Assembly: GCA_030141605.1 (NCBI GenBank)
Contig: JAQGDQ010000070.1
Coordinates: forward strand, 248,001-312,000
Source of the DNA: Tubiluchus corallicola
Lineage: Eukaryota > Animalia > Priapulida
Reading direction: 5' to 3'
DNA: 64,000 nucleotides
Part shown: positions 1 to 13,800 of the stretch, piece by piece
How the letters are laid out: every line of letters begins with the position of its first letter
Numbering within the stretch: position 1 is the first letter of the stretch
Notes under the pieces: model-generated
Databases searched by the model: none
Seen by the model: the letters and a program-made list of their open reading frames with translations, nothing else
What the model was told of the DNA's origin: nothing
Translations under genes and position numbers: made by a program

Positions 1-1177
1 TGCTTTTAGTAAAATTGAAACTGCGTTGAATGTTGTTGATCGAGCTGCGATATTCAATATCAGTTTGATAAAATCTTCTTGTAAAGTTAGCTGAGGCGAA
101 ACCGAGTGCTGCTTTCATTGCGAACGTCATTTTTGTGATTGGTATCTACGGGGTGGCCAGAAATGTATATACGGCCATTAAGTTGGGATAGTTTCGCGAA
201 AATTTTAGTTCCTTGTAGCTCTGAAAGAACCAGCTTCTGTAAATATCTGGTGTCCGAGTCTGGCGGCTCCGGAATTGAAAAAGATAAGTCTCTTTCTCGC
301 TGCAGCTTGCTGTTGTAATAAATAAATGCTTTAGTAATAGCAAGTTTTATTTGTGTCCGCCTTAATCCTTAAGCGTAAAAGATTTAAGATTTTAGATTTA
401 AGTTTTTAGACCTCTGAGCTAAACAGAAGAAAGTTCGTTCAGTTTTAGATTCATTATTTGGTACCATGCGATGTGCAGTCATCCTTGGCTGAGATTTGTC
501 AGTTATAAAAACTTTTTCTAGTGACGCTGTATTATGCTAATCGCGCACATATTTTAACGTAAGGGTGACAGTTTCTCCTGCACATTTGAACTTCTCAAAT
601 TTGCTCTTCCCCTTATCGCCACGTGTTGATTGGCGTTCGTTATTGATTCCTATTGTCTATAGTTTACACGCTAATAACCCGATTTTGAGGTCTTTTTAAG
701 AAAAAAAGTGACTTTCCTCCTAAAATTTATACTTTCTGCTGATGAATCAATGTCTAATATGTCAGTGTTTTCATCATCCTACGCGTTTATTTTAAACGTT
801 AAACTTGCTGTTGGGAAACTATTTTTCTTGCTAGCTCTTCAAAAGTTAAACAGAGCGTAGCACTAATTCAATAATATCTCAATCTCGAACCTGGAAGAGT
901 TAAATTCGAGGGAACTCGATCCATTAATGCAATCCCGCTATAATAATATCTGATCAAATTTCCGCAAGTGATTCTGGGATATATGAATATTATTAAGCAG
1001 CTAAGTTGCGTGTTGGGAATTTTCATCTTTATTTACTGTTCATTTACATGCAGCGATCGCATTCGATTAACAATCGCAGAAATTTGGAAAATATCCTTTT
1101 CCTATTTGATGTGACGCAAATCTTGATTTTCTGCAAAAAGTTTTTCGTATGTGGAATTTTATCAATGCAACTTATTA

Positions 1178-1436
1178 TAAAAACTATGAAGCGTTTGATG
1201 AATGAATAAATAATGATTTTTATTGCACATTCAGAAAAATCCATGCATATCCCTCTTCGCTATGCTAAATTAGCGCATTTTTTAGGCTTGATATTAGTAA
1301 TTATTAGTGATATTAAAAACTATGAAGCCCTTGGAAGAATAAATAAGTATTTTTTCTCATTCATCCAGAAGAATCCTTGCATATCCCCTTTCGCTATCCT
1401 TGTTTAGCGCATGTTTTAGGCTTGATATTAGTAATG
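1178..1436. repeat. Imperfect tandem duplication (~135 bp x2)
   Basis: aaaactatgaagc...catatccc...ttagcgcat.ttttaggcttgatattagtaat occurs twice, at ~1178 and ~1315. Confidence 0.8.
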
Positions 1437-1552
1437 GCACTCCTTACTTACTCGGGTGTAATCAAAATGTGTTGTGTTTTAAAAATTCAGTGTGCAAGTA
1501 GGTGTCATTCCCTCACTCAGAAGTGTTTATTTTTCATGTGGGTAGAAAGTGT

Positions 1553-1625
1553 GTTAGTAGCTCAAATGGCTAGCGCTTGTGATCTGAAATCACAAGATTC
1601 TGGGTTCGAATCTTGACTGGCTAAA
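1553..1625 (+). mobile_element. tRNA-derived SINE head / tRNA pseudogene
   Basis: A-box TAGCTCAAATGG, anticodon-like hairpin tgtga-tctgaaa-tcaca, B-box GGTTCGAATC; acceptor stem poorly paired. Confidence 0.55.
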
Positions 1626-1699
1626 CTTTGTCACAGCTTCCTTCGAAATTTGACTTGTGATTATCTTTGAGATGTGCTCAAGTGTGTTATTTTTTGCAG

Positions 1700-1833
1700 G
1701 TATTAAAGGTGAATTATACTACGTGCGAGATGGTGTCATCAATAACTACGCCTTGGACTATCCGATGCCGATACCTCACGATATCTCCAAACTGAATTTT
1801 ACTTGGCAAAACAGACGTAATGAACCACCCGAT
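1700..1833 (+). CDS. RYK: RYK exon (WIF domain N-part)
   Basis: ttttgcag|GT ATT AAA; [45 protein letters not shown]; donor gtaaga. Confidence 0.93.
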
Positions 1834-4800
1834 GTAAGAATGATTACTCAATGATTACCAATTATTACACAGTGAATAAATAAATAAACGGAATAGACAG
1901 TTGGTATAGGGTTTAGATGTATTAGAATATCTTTTTTTATATTCAATTTGGCCCACGACGAACCAGAAACCAACATTCAACAGAGGGTCCTGTTAACATT
2001 GATGTTAAACTGTTAATCTGATGAAACCTTATTCACTGTAGAGAAAATTACAGACTTCTTGCTCATTTTCCATATATTCTTAACTAACACTTGGACATTT
2101 CAAGAAGTATTTATTTGATGAATGTCTATCAATGGTAGACACGCGTTAAGTTATCAAAAGGTCTGGTAATATCACTAATAACATCTGTTCTTGAATTATA
2201 GAAGATGTTCACTTGTTTCACACATGGTAAAGACTTTTTTTGCTTCAGATGTATTACACGGTGTCAGTGACGCACAACAATCCACAGGCGCTACATCCTC
2301 CAAGACTCTCTCTTTCAAATCAAGGACATGTACCAACTAAACAAGCAGGTAAACATTGAGGAATAAAAAGTTCTTTGCCTAATATATTAGTCTTATGATG
2401 AGTTGTTAGCTAAGTGAATGTTAACTTAACTATGTTAATATTAACATAACTAACTACACCACTAATTATCAAAATGGTTGCATAACTTGCATTGTATTTT
2501 ATTGTAGTCTGACCCATTTTAGTTTTGCTAGGGACTGTAAATATCTTGAAAATATTAACTTTGCTATTAGTTCTTTTATAGGCCCATACAATAACTGTGT
2601 CAGTGGCAGTAGTGTGTGTGTGTGTGTGTGTATGTGTGTGTGTGTGTGTATGTGTATGTGTGTGTGTGTGTGTGTGTGTGCGTGCGTGCGTGCGCGCGCG
2701 CGCGTGTGGGTGAGTGTGTGGATATACAGTCCAAATTTGTTCTATTGTTCAAGGTATCAAGTTTTAAACGGTAAGAAAATTTCACCAATGATCGTTTTTC
2801 TGATTACGTATCCGAATAATAAACTTTTTTATTGCTATTTATCCATCCTTTGTGTAAAGAGCTAAGAGTTGCCTAGTTGTCGAACATTACAATTTCAGCT
2901 GAAGTAGCAAACCTTAGATGCTATTACTGAACTGACACGAGACGTCCTCTTAGTATGAATCATGAAAAGCACTACTACTCTTGATAACCAAGCATTGCGT
3001 CTAACTCACATCTGAATGTGTCCCACCCATAGTCTGCAAAGAGCCAAAAAGTGGACAGTGAAGTCCATGGTGTACCCTGCGCGAGTTCACAAAAGAGAAC
3101 ATTAACATTCTTTCTCTAAAGAGTCCTATGCTTGAGACATCTAGCGGCGTTTATTTGCGTAGAAATTGATGATAATACTCCTTATACTATACTCATTTAT
3201 TTAGTCTACAATTCTATGCTATCAATAGCAGTAACTGTCTGATGAAGTTTGATGTCTGGCATAAATATTTATCATAATAATGATATATACGGGATTTTTC
3301 CCCACTCGCTTAATTATCTCGAAGATGAAAAATGGCAGCCAGAAGTCAAATAGACACAAACTGCGTTTCATGTTTTTCATGGAAATGTGATTTGCATTTA
3401 CATTAAATTTGAGTAATCATATGAAATGGATCATGCCGAGCCATCCATACGAAATTATTACATTTTCTAGTTAAATTGTGTTGAAGGTCGAATAGTTGAT
3501 GCAATATAGTATTCCCGTAAATAAGGTTTTTTTTCAAATTGTCCAATTTTAGCTGGCCAATGTGTTTTATTTCTAAGTTTGTAAAATTGTAAGGATTGTA
3601 AAATTTACAAGTATTGTTGTTACTATGACCATTAAAAGTCATCTATTTAATAAAAAACACGGAGGTCTGTCTTGAAAGCTTAGGCAATGCTAACATTAAC
3701 ATAAAAAGCTACAAAATTATTTTTTGAATCAGTTAATGTGCTTAGTTAGCTAAAATTTTAATTGCGTAATTTCTAGGTTTATAACAAGCTATGATATAAA
3801 AAAAAGTATAATCATTCTGGAGATTTTTTTGAACCGTTTAGGACAGTTTTCTTGAAATATTTTTAGCAAGAATAACATTTATAATGTATTTATTGTGTGT
3901 TTTGGTGTATTTATGTATTTTACTCCACAACACTGATCTTTCGTTCGGTTTTGTACTTGTTGTCATTTCAATAGCTAATCGTGTACTGTTTTTGTCTGAC
4001 ATGTGCTATGACCTCATTACACAAAGAGTTACATTAAATTATCCCATATTTTCTTCTCCGATAACCTCATGTGCGCCTAAGCCAACACAAAGCCTGTTTT
4101 TGCGTGCTATTACCATACCATAATATCAGTGATTTCATCTATGTTAAATCTTGCTGTTCATCAACAAGGCTTAAGGCCTGACAGCTACACTTTGCGCTGT
4201 AATCCTTTAGCTTAGGGAATTTGTTTCATATAGTAACGCAGGTAGCCGTCGCAGTAACTGTGATGAGATACTGTTGACTCTAGAAGATTGTCTCCACAAC
4301 TCATATTAACTCTTTAACCCCTAGAAATCGCCTGTGCCTGCTTTAGTGGTAATTCTAGCGTCATGCTCATGTCAGGGCGGTCGCTGTCTGCCGACTCCGT
4401 GTCTTGTTGGTGGCCATTTGTGCTTCTAGGCGCAGCAGAAGTGGGAGACGAGGACGGGGATGAAGTTGGTGGTGTTAGGGACCCCAGTGTTGCTTGCCGC
4501 GAGGGTTAATTTGCTTCTATGTTCAGTTCATTGTTGAGTTTGTATGTCGTTAACGCTGGAACTGAATCTGTTTGTTCGGTTTGGCGGCTCTAAGGATTAG
4601 ACAGTAAACCATGCAAGCCGTGCATGTGCGCAGCATTAATGAAGGCAGGACCACAAACCATGTATTCCACGTCTCTTGCTTTATAAAACTAATTTCAGGC
4701 GATAAACAGCAATAAATATGATTACAATCTGATAAAGACAAAAAAGCAATATACTAAGTTAGGAAATCTGAAAAATTCTGTGCTCCGCTGGGACTCGAAC

Positions 4801-7800
4801 ACAAGATCTTCTGCTTTCTGGCTGTCATGTTAACCATTACAGTACAGAAGTACTCGGTACATTTGAGGCTCGGTAATTTTCGTTGTAAGCTAATGGAACC
4901 ACTCAAAGTACATTTGTGGTTATTGGAGGTGTGAGGCAAAGTTTTGCAGTGGGAGTGGGACTGAATTTCAAGTATTAGTAAACGTGATTATACGTTTATT
5001 TTCCCTGTGTTAAAGAAATCACAATAATGAATTACTTTACTGCAAGATGATCAGTTGTGTTTAAACAATTTAATGAAGATCAAATTTGTTATGCACTTTG
5101 TTACTAAAACTGCTTGCAGAGCTTATTATACGACTCTTCCATTTAGCAAGCGTATACAACTTCAGGACAGGAATTTAATAATAAACAGAATGGCTTCGTT
5201 ATCCACGTGATCACGTGATACAAGGTATTACTGGGCTTCAGCGAGAATTTCTGCTGACTCTTTTGTACAGTCAATAACCAGCAAGTCTCTGGAAGAGTTA
5301 TTGTGCTGTCCTCCAGTTCTGAAGTACTTCACATAAATTACACTCTCACTGAAACCGTTTTAATCCATGGCTTCATCACTGGTGTGTGACCTTGGAATGC
5401 ACAAGTGATTGGTCAGTGATTGTTGAATGCTTACAAAAGCTCATCATAATTCCATCCACGGCTGCTGCCAGCATCTCGTTCATCTCTAGGCTCCTAGTTT
5501 CCATTAATGATCAGATGACCTGGACTTGACCATGGTGTTGTTGATAAGAAGCAGGTCTGTTTCTTGATGTTGGGAGTGTAGCAGATAATGTTTTTTCTTA
5601 CAGACTCCGGGTTTTTTTTAGTGCTGGACTATCATCGTCTGACCTATGATTAGGCAAACAAATGAACCGATTATTAAAATGTTACTTTTTGCCATTTCTG
5701 TAATTTGTTTAGTTTTTCGATAGCCTATTTTGACATTTTAGCAAGCTCGTAAATATTGAAATTGCTGCTTTTGCGTAACAATAAATTGCAAACTTGAAAG
5801 AGTGGATCAAGATGTTAAGTAGATTTTGATGACTGACTAAATGTTTCATGTTTCATTGCTTTGCTTAATGGATTTCTGCAATAATCTGGACCAAGTTCCA
5901 ACCAGACTGAAGCCCATTTTTGGGAACAAGTCTTCCCTCTTACTCCAGTAAATTTCAGCAAAAGTCGATTCGGTGTTCTTACTGCGTAGCACAAATAGCC
6001 TCTTCTTAAATGTTCAGGGTTATTTGAAATGCGACTAGTGATGGTAAAAAATGGAGTGACAGCAGATGCAGGATGACCTGAATGGGGCGAGTACTCTGAG
6101 TTTTTTTTAAAGAATGAGTGATAGTAGACGTATAATGCTACACAGTCGAAACTAGTTACTCCTTACGTAAACATTATTAATCCCCCCTACACATGGCTCT
6201 CCTGCAGGAAGGGGTTGAAATCCGTCTGAGCGCTTGGATAATTTCCGAATTAGACGGCTTAGGGATTAGACACAATTCGCCAGTTATGGCTTCTTGTTAC
6301 ATCAGCCGTGGCGGTGAAATTCCTCTTTTCTACTGGCTTCTTCTGCGAACTTGCGTCTTGGCGTCGAATATTGTTCGAACCATGATTCATAATGAAAGCG
6401 TCTGCGGCGAACACTAGGGGTGCTTTGTGACGGCATTAAATGATTTCATATTATGTTGCCAATTCATATTTGGCCGCCTTGTCGGTGTATTGATCGGAAG
6501 GCAGGCATTTGTTAAAACTACCAAATGAACTTGATGAAGATTAGGTGATAAATCATTTTAGCGAATTGTTTTTCTCTCACCTTTTTTGAGTGTGTCTACC
6601 CTCGCATTTGTATGATATCTTTAGTAAAAATTTTCACTATATATATTTGTTGAACATCGTAGCGAACCATACTCTTACGAATGGCGTTCACTGTGGCTAA
6701 GATTACTAACACTGCACTTGAAATTTAGCTAGTTGCCATGTGCTTCTTGTAAATACATCACCTTTAAAAATCATAAAAACGGATTTTATATTTCTTTAAA
6801 TAAAAATTTAAAACTATGGTATCAAACGGTGATGTGTTTGCAAAGAGGGTTGCTGTTATTGCATTTATTTACATTGTTATCTAGAGCTGTATTTATTTAC
6901 ATTTTTTGCATAGGCTCATTTTATTTTACTAGGAAAAACTAAGATGTTAGTTTTATGAAGGTGCCAGTAACTAGCTTTATGTTAAAACAAGAATGACACA
7001 TGTTTTTGTGACAGGATTTAAGTCTCTCAAAATTGACGCTAGCCATTTGTGTTGTTCTGATTATCAGCAGCTAACATTTCATTAGCGTTCAGTACTGTTC
7101 AAGCTAGTGCTGTGAGCACTGAGCAATACAGTTCAATGGACGAAACACAAAGTAATCACCATTAGTCACCCATCCAGTTATTAACCTGATCTGCACGAGT
7201 AATCTTGGTGACATTTTAGCATATGTTTTACTTTTGTCAGGTTTTACCGTGGTGCTGCCGTGTACGGGGTTGGTCAGTGCAGAAGTCGAGGTGAACATTC
7301 AGCTGAACGTTAGCATGTTCAGTGCTTCAAACATCACTGTCTTGAACTTCAAGAGACGAAAGTTTTGCTTGGAAGACAGCATAGTCCATGGTGCTGACAC
7401 GAGCATCATCAATGGCTATGGGGATAACATTCACAGTGCTGATCCGAACAATCTCATTAACAGATATAGAGGTAAGGGTATCTTGGTGCTGACACTGGTG
7501 TCCCATTAGTTGAGGTATAGACAGACTGCAATGCTGGTATTATTGTTGTCGATAGACAGACGAAGACAAGCAATTGTTTCTTGTTCTCTGTCTCCTCTCC
7601 TACCTCCTCCTTCCTTCTTTTCTCTTTCTCTCTCTGTCTCTCTCTCTCTCTCTCTTGCTTTCTCTCTCATTCTGACACTCTCTGTTTGTCTCTTTCTCAC
7701 ACACTCTGTCTCTTTTTCTCTCTCCCTCTCTCTTTTATGCACTCTATCCATATTCTCTATGTGATAGTAGTTATTCTACTCTTTTTTCCTTCCCTTAGTG

Positions 7801-10800
7801 TCTGTCTTCAAAATTATGTCAATTGTTTTTCAGCTTTTTGAATCTAATTAAAAGGTTTGTCGTTTTATTTATCCAATTTATTGTTTAGTTTTGGTTAAAC
7901 AAGTTAATTTCTGGATTTAGCATTCATTTTTGTTTACGCTTTTATTTACTAGTACCATACAACCTCCGACTACCAAGAAGAAAATGCATAAATTATTTAA
8001 TCTGCTCATTATGCAAGCACATTTACAACTTAAGCCATTAACACGTTAACTTAGAAACCATCATTTTCCTCCAGCACTTTAATTTGCAATTAATTAATTG
8101 ATTGCTCAAGAGCCGGATTACTGATTTTAATTTTTACGGTCGCGGCTCGTTACAATAAATTGTGGTTAATCATTGTCGTGTTGTTATTTGCATTATGGTG
8201 ATGAGCACCTAATGATGGCGTGCAGTAATGACAGCAGCAAAAACTGACAAAAAAATGAATTTAGCGTTTTCTGTTGAGTGGATCTAGGGTTTTCAGCGTA
8301 AATTCAACATGTAAAGAGTTTAAACTGTAAAATTTGTAGTTTATATATTATAAAATGATGATTTTTGTGTCTGTTCTTTCTGTCATCTCTGAACTTGGTA
8401 TGGTAATATGCTGGTATTAGGCAGGTGTTAAAGATGCTTGTAATGGTAAATTGCAGTTATTCGCTTTTGAAATGAATACACGTGGAACTTTATTGTTTGT
8501 AATGTCTCTGTTGCGTAGACAGTTTGGGTCTTTACTTTAAAATTTTAACTCATTTAAAAAAATATTTTCACTAGTGTCTCAAACCGCCATTATTTATACT
8601 TTCATTTTACTTGCATTTTCTTACGGTTTTCCCTATTAAATTTCCTAATAATAATCAATTTAACAAATTAAAGCCATCAGTTGGCACAAACTAAACAACA
8701 ATTGTTTTCATACTAGTAGTTCTGCAAGGTTTTTGAAAAAGAAGTATGACCATTAATAAACTTTTAACCCAAGTTTTAGCTCGATAACTTGCAGCTGTTC
8801 GATTATCTCATACCCTTTTTTCAGATCTGACAGCGGCAGCCAAAGATGCAGTCATCACCCGATCCAACAACACCAACGTGCTTTACATTGCCATTGGTTG
8901 CGCGTGTGCCCTTATCTTTGTCATTGGCGTTATTGTCACCATTTATTACATCCGGTCACGCAAGCATAATGATCGACTTAGGTGAGAAAAATTTATTATT
9001 AGTGGCCACTGAAAAAATCTACATAAATTCTTACAACTGTCTTTTCTTATTGCTGAAACAGATCTAGCGTTATTATTCAGCTCTAGGGATGGCTTGAATT
9101 TTTTTTTGTTTTTGATTTTGGTTTGACTGATTTTTAATGTACTAAGTAAATTGTGTTAAAATGTAGGGAGTCTTACTGTTCAATCCGCAAATTTTACGGA
9201 ATGGGGGAGGGGGTAATTTAATTTCTAGACAACAAACAGAATGTTTCTACTAAACGCCAGTGTATTTAGTTCGAAATATAATTTTTTTGGGTAGACGATA
9301 TGAATTACTGACCAGTGAATTGTTTGCAGTTTGCAAAAACTAACAATAACAATAAGAATAAACAGTACACAGTTTATTTCACAGACACAAAACTACATAA
9401 GTACAATAAACAATTCGTGCATCAACAAGTAAACACATCTGTAAAAACACAGGGTTCTTTTTAGGTTGATAAAAAGAAAATAATTTATAACAAACAGAAA
9501 TACAAGTTGTATATCACAGTGCAGATTGAAGCATACATTACATCTTAGCAAATTAATTCAAACCTCTTATTTAGAATCAGATGTAGCTGAAATTTTTTGA
9601 ATTTAGTAATTAGCAATTTCTTAACTTCCGTACATCTTGTTTCATTTAAAATGTAAATTGATCGATAGCACATGTGGATGGGAATTCTGGGGAAAATATC
9701 TGACATTTGGCTTAAGAATGCAGTCCTTTCTTGATAATAAACACTGTATTGCATACTGAAATGAAAGTCTTCTTAGCTAATCGTGTTTATTTAGCTTCTT
9801 CATTTTAGATAACTAGTCCTGAACTAAGCAGTTAGCCTTTTCCAAAGAAGTGAAAAAAGTAGAATTAGCGTAAGTCATTGTGCTAAACTCAGTTTATATA
9901 AATGTTACAGATCCAGTAAAAAAGAGTTTGCACAGTCACTTTTCATTTGTATGTAACTCATGCAGCTTATGTCTTTAAAAGTACTTTATTTCATGTAACA
10001 TGAAGTGGCACAAAGTAATTACCCCTTTGCTTTTGTTTATTATATAATTAAATTTTTTTGCCATAATCATTATTGTTATGTTCATTGTTTGTTGTCATGG
10101 TTATATTCGTTTCAGTGAGGTGAGCAGTAGTCATGGTTACAGTAATCATCATCCCCCATTTGGGCGGACGGAGCCATCGAGTGCTCTGCAGACTCCGAGT
10201 ATGAATGCAAGCTATATACGGTTCTCTCCAGTTAGTGATCTAAAGCCTGTAGATCTGCGCACGCAGATAACTGAGATCGCCATAGACAGAAGTCGACTAA
10301 CATTAGCTGAAGTTTTACAAGAAGGTATAGTAGTCGTATATGAGTGTATTTTGTTAACTGTAATAAAGCTAGAATTGTAATTGATCACCTGAGTATCGAA
10401 CATATTTGAGTTCAATGCAAACAAGCTTTTTTAATTCGAATTTGATCTGAACCTAAAATCAAAGATTCGTATAATTTAGTACTTCAGGTACTTAAGTTCC
10501 TTATCATTAAAACGTCTGAAATTTCATGCAATCAGCACAATTTAGCTGTGACTTCTGTGCACAATTTTGAACAAATTATTAGGGTTTTTGCTACAGAACA
10601 GAATGAAATAGTGTGCATGATCTTTGTGCACATGAAAATTGATAGAAAATCTGTGGGTTTGACTTCGATTTGAATTCGAAATCTTAAAATTCGGTTTGAT
10701 TCGAGTTCATAAGTCACAAATTAGATTCGACACGAATTGGTTTACTGGTAGAGAATACCTAATATTCATCTCTTACATTTTATTTTCACTTCTGCATGCT

Positions 10801-13800
10801 TTGTGAATTGACTATGTTTTTATTCGAGTTCATAAGTGACAAATTAGATTCGACACGAATTAGTTTACTGGTAGAGAATACCCAATATTCATCTCTTACA
10901 TTTTATTTTCACTTCTGCATGCTTTGTGAATTAACTGTGTTTTTCATTGTAAACTGACCAGTATTGTAAAGTTTAAAAAAAACTTGCTTTGTTTCATGCG
11001 ATTCTAATAGAGCATCTGTTATATATTTTGTGCATTTCTTGGTCTTTTCTTATCTATTGGTCCTAAGACGATAACCTAGTTAAGGCAATCTTGTGTAAAA
11101 TTATATGTAAATACATTTGCACCCAACTTTGTCATAAATGTATATTTTACTTAGGTACTTTTGGCAAGATATATCATGGCATCTTACTCGGCGATGGCTC
11201 TGATATGGAAATCGAAAACGATGTTTTTGTTAAAACTGTCACAGGTAAAGTTTTCTATTATTTGTTTGTTTTCCTAATCAGAACTTAATTAAAATGAGAT
11301 AAAATTTCTCATTTTGTGTAATGGTCTGCTGTTTCCAAGAAATACAGTTGTTCTTGAAATTGCTCTCATTTAATGTTTGTTTGTTGCATGTGGCTCCATC
11401 TGCAGAAGAAAAACTTAACAATGATGAAATTTCTGATAATAATGTTTCAACGTTACCTGGGCTGCTTCAGTTTTTTTCAGTTTAGGAATTGTTTTGTCGT
11501 TATATTTTAAAAATAACTGTATCCATTGTTACTCAGCCACCAGTAATGATTCATGGTGTAATTGCACTCCATGCATAAATACAAAAAATATGAACTGTAT
11601 CAACTTCTGTTGGTCACCAATCCTATAGGATGTCTTTGATTATCGTACTGTATTGTATTTGCTGTATTGAGTTTACACATGAAGAATCACAGAAGAAAAT
11701 TGTCAAAAGGCATGTTTTTATTTAACGAGTCATATTTCGTTAATTTATTTAGTCTCCAAGGCTTAATGTCTTCCGTAAGGACAGCAAATTTCAAAGCCAG
11801 TTAACATGCGTTATAAACATATTTAGCATCTGTTTCCTTTTTTACTTTTTCTACGTCAAATAATCGAGAATGTCAAAACAATGGCAATACCAGCACTGGG
11901 GTGAAAACACATCCCTATTAGCTGTAATAATTGATATTATAATCAGAATAAGTGACTCAATGGAGATCAAATGACATCTACCTATATTAGGCAGATACCT
12001 ATTTTAACAAGTTATTGCAGGTTTCGTGGCAAAATGTTAGACACTTGGGGTGTTTTTGCACCCATTTCTGGTGACCAACAGTTAATTACAAAGGGCAAAA
12101 TAAACAATAAATTTGTTATTAATTTGTGAAATCATGCTGTCGTTACGTTAATTTATTCAGAAAGATCATTTGTGCTGTTAGTGCCATCTAGTGAAGAGCG
12201 TTTGTGCTGCTAGTGCCATCTAGTAGTAATTAAAAGTACTTTCTTATTTTTAGAACAAGCTTCAGAAGCTCAAGTTAATCTATTTGTCACCGAAAGCTGC
12301 ATGATGCTGGGCCTGTTGCACAACAACGTGCAAACTATCACCGCCATCTGCAGTGAATCGGAGAAAACGCCCATGGCAGTCTTTCCATACGCATCGCACG
12401 GAAACTTGAAAAAGTTTTTACAGAAGTGCAAAGTGCCCTCTAGTGACGGCACGAGTAATCAGGTAGTCAGACCTATGTATGCTGATGGCTATGCTGAGGG
12501 TGCCCATGTGAGTATGCGCAGCTGCTGGGGTGACTTGCAGTGATGGGAAATCGTTTTTTTGGAGAATTGATTAACTAGAATTCTTACTTTTCGAAGATCG
12601 ATGCTGACTTGATCTTTAAGCATCCATTATATAAACACATTATGCAAAATTTATTTAGACCCGGTTTAGCAATGCAGTGTTTTAGCGACCATCTTCTTAG
12701 AGAAGTTTTGAAGCAGTAGAGCTATTGATTATTGGTATTTTCATCTTTTCTCATGACATAAATTACAACTTCACATCCTGATTAATTTTTTTGCGGAAAA
12801 TTAAGCTTTTCTTCTTCTTAAAACTTTGCCTGAATCCAAAAATGTCAGCATTGCAGACTTTCATTTTGTATAACACTATACCACACAATGAATATCCATA
12901 GTGAAGTTTTCAGTCAGTCAAGTTTCCGCACGTGTTACACGTGCCTGCTCAAAGATGGAGCTAATGTGAAGAATGATTATACCACTTGTTCCATGAAATT
13001 CCTAAAACATCGAGAATGTACTTTTTAATGACTGGGCACGTGTTAGCTGAATGTTTCTAGACAATGTTAGAACAAAATTTTTTTTAAATTAATTGATTTT
13101 TTAACTATGCCCTCGATTATCAAAATCTAGAGGTTCAAGCATCGATTTCTCACCACTAATAGCTTGCATGTTTTGCATTTAACTAACCTTCCAGTTTCTG
13201 AACTAATCTTAGCTCAATTACCTCTGCACTGATGCTAAGCTTCAAAAAGTTAATTATGTTTATCTCAAACATTCTTCCCAAAACGTTTTTATTTTATTCA
13301 GGGAAAATGATGAGAAAGAGTTGTTTATACACACAGTAATATGAACTGTACAAAATGTGTTTTGCCTTTACCACCTTTTTAGAAAACCACAGCTGGAAGG
13401 ATTTATAAGTTTCAAATAGTAACATAGAGTCGCTTAGAAATTTCATTAGATGTTGCTGCCATCTACTGGCCAGGTGAAGATTTTTTCAATCAGTAAATAC
13501 ACTGCACGTGCATTTCTGATTATACAAGCAATGTTTGAGACTCAATTAATGTTTAGGATGAAATTGTTTAAAATTCAGTTTGGAAAAGGAGACTAAATGT
13601 TGATCTTGTGCAATAACGTTGTTTGAACAGTCTGTGGAGCTACTGTTTGCAAATGTAAAGGTATTTTTAGAATTAATAAACCACATCAAGACAGATTTAA
13701 AATTGAATTAGGTAGGTGCCACCTGGTATGGCTAACACTGTTGTGCATTGTTCCTACACTTTATTACATTATTCTGAAAACTTTCCTCTCTTTCTTTTTA

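Noticed and set aside
983-1114. Candidate RYK first (signal peptide) exon MNIIKQLSCVLGIFIFIYC
   Set aside because: No suitable phase-1 donor and no WIF N-terminal similarity; ends in a stop
1553-1625. Functional tRNA gene
   Set aside because: Acceptor stem does not pair cleanly and the anticodon loop is atypical; fits a SINE or pseudogene better
5380-5600. Possible RTE-like endonuclease remnant on the minus strand
   Set aside because: Only very short motif resemblance (IICYTP, TDQSLV); too decayed to support
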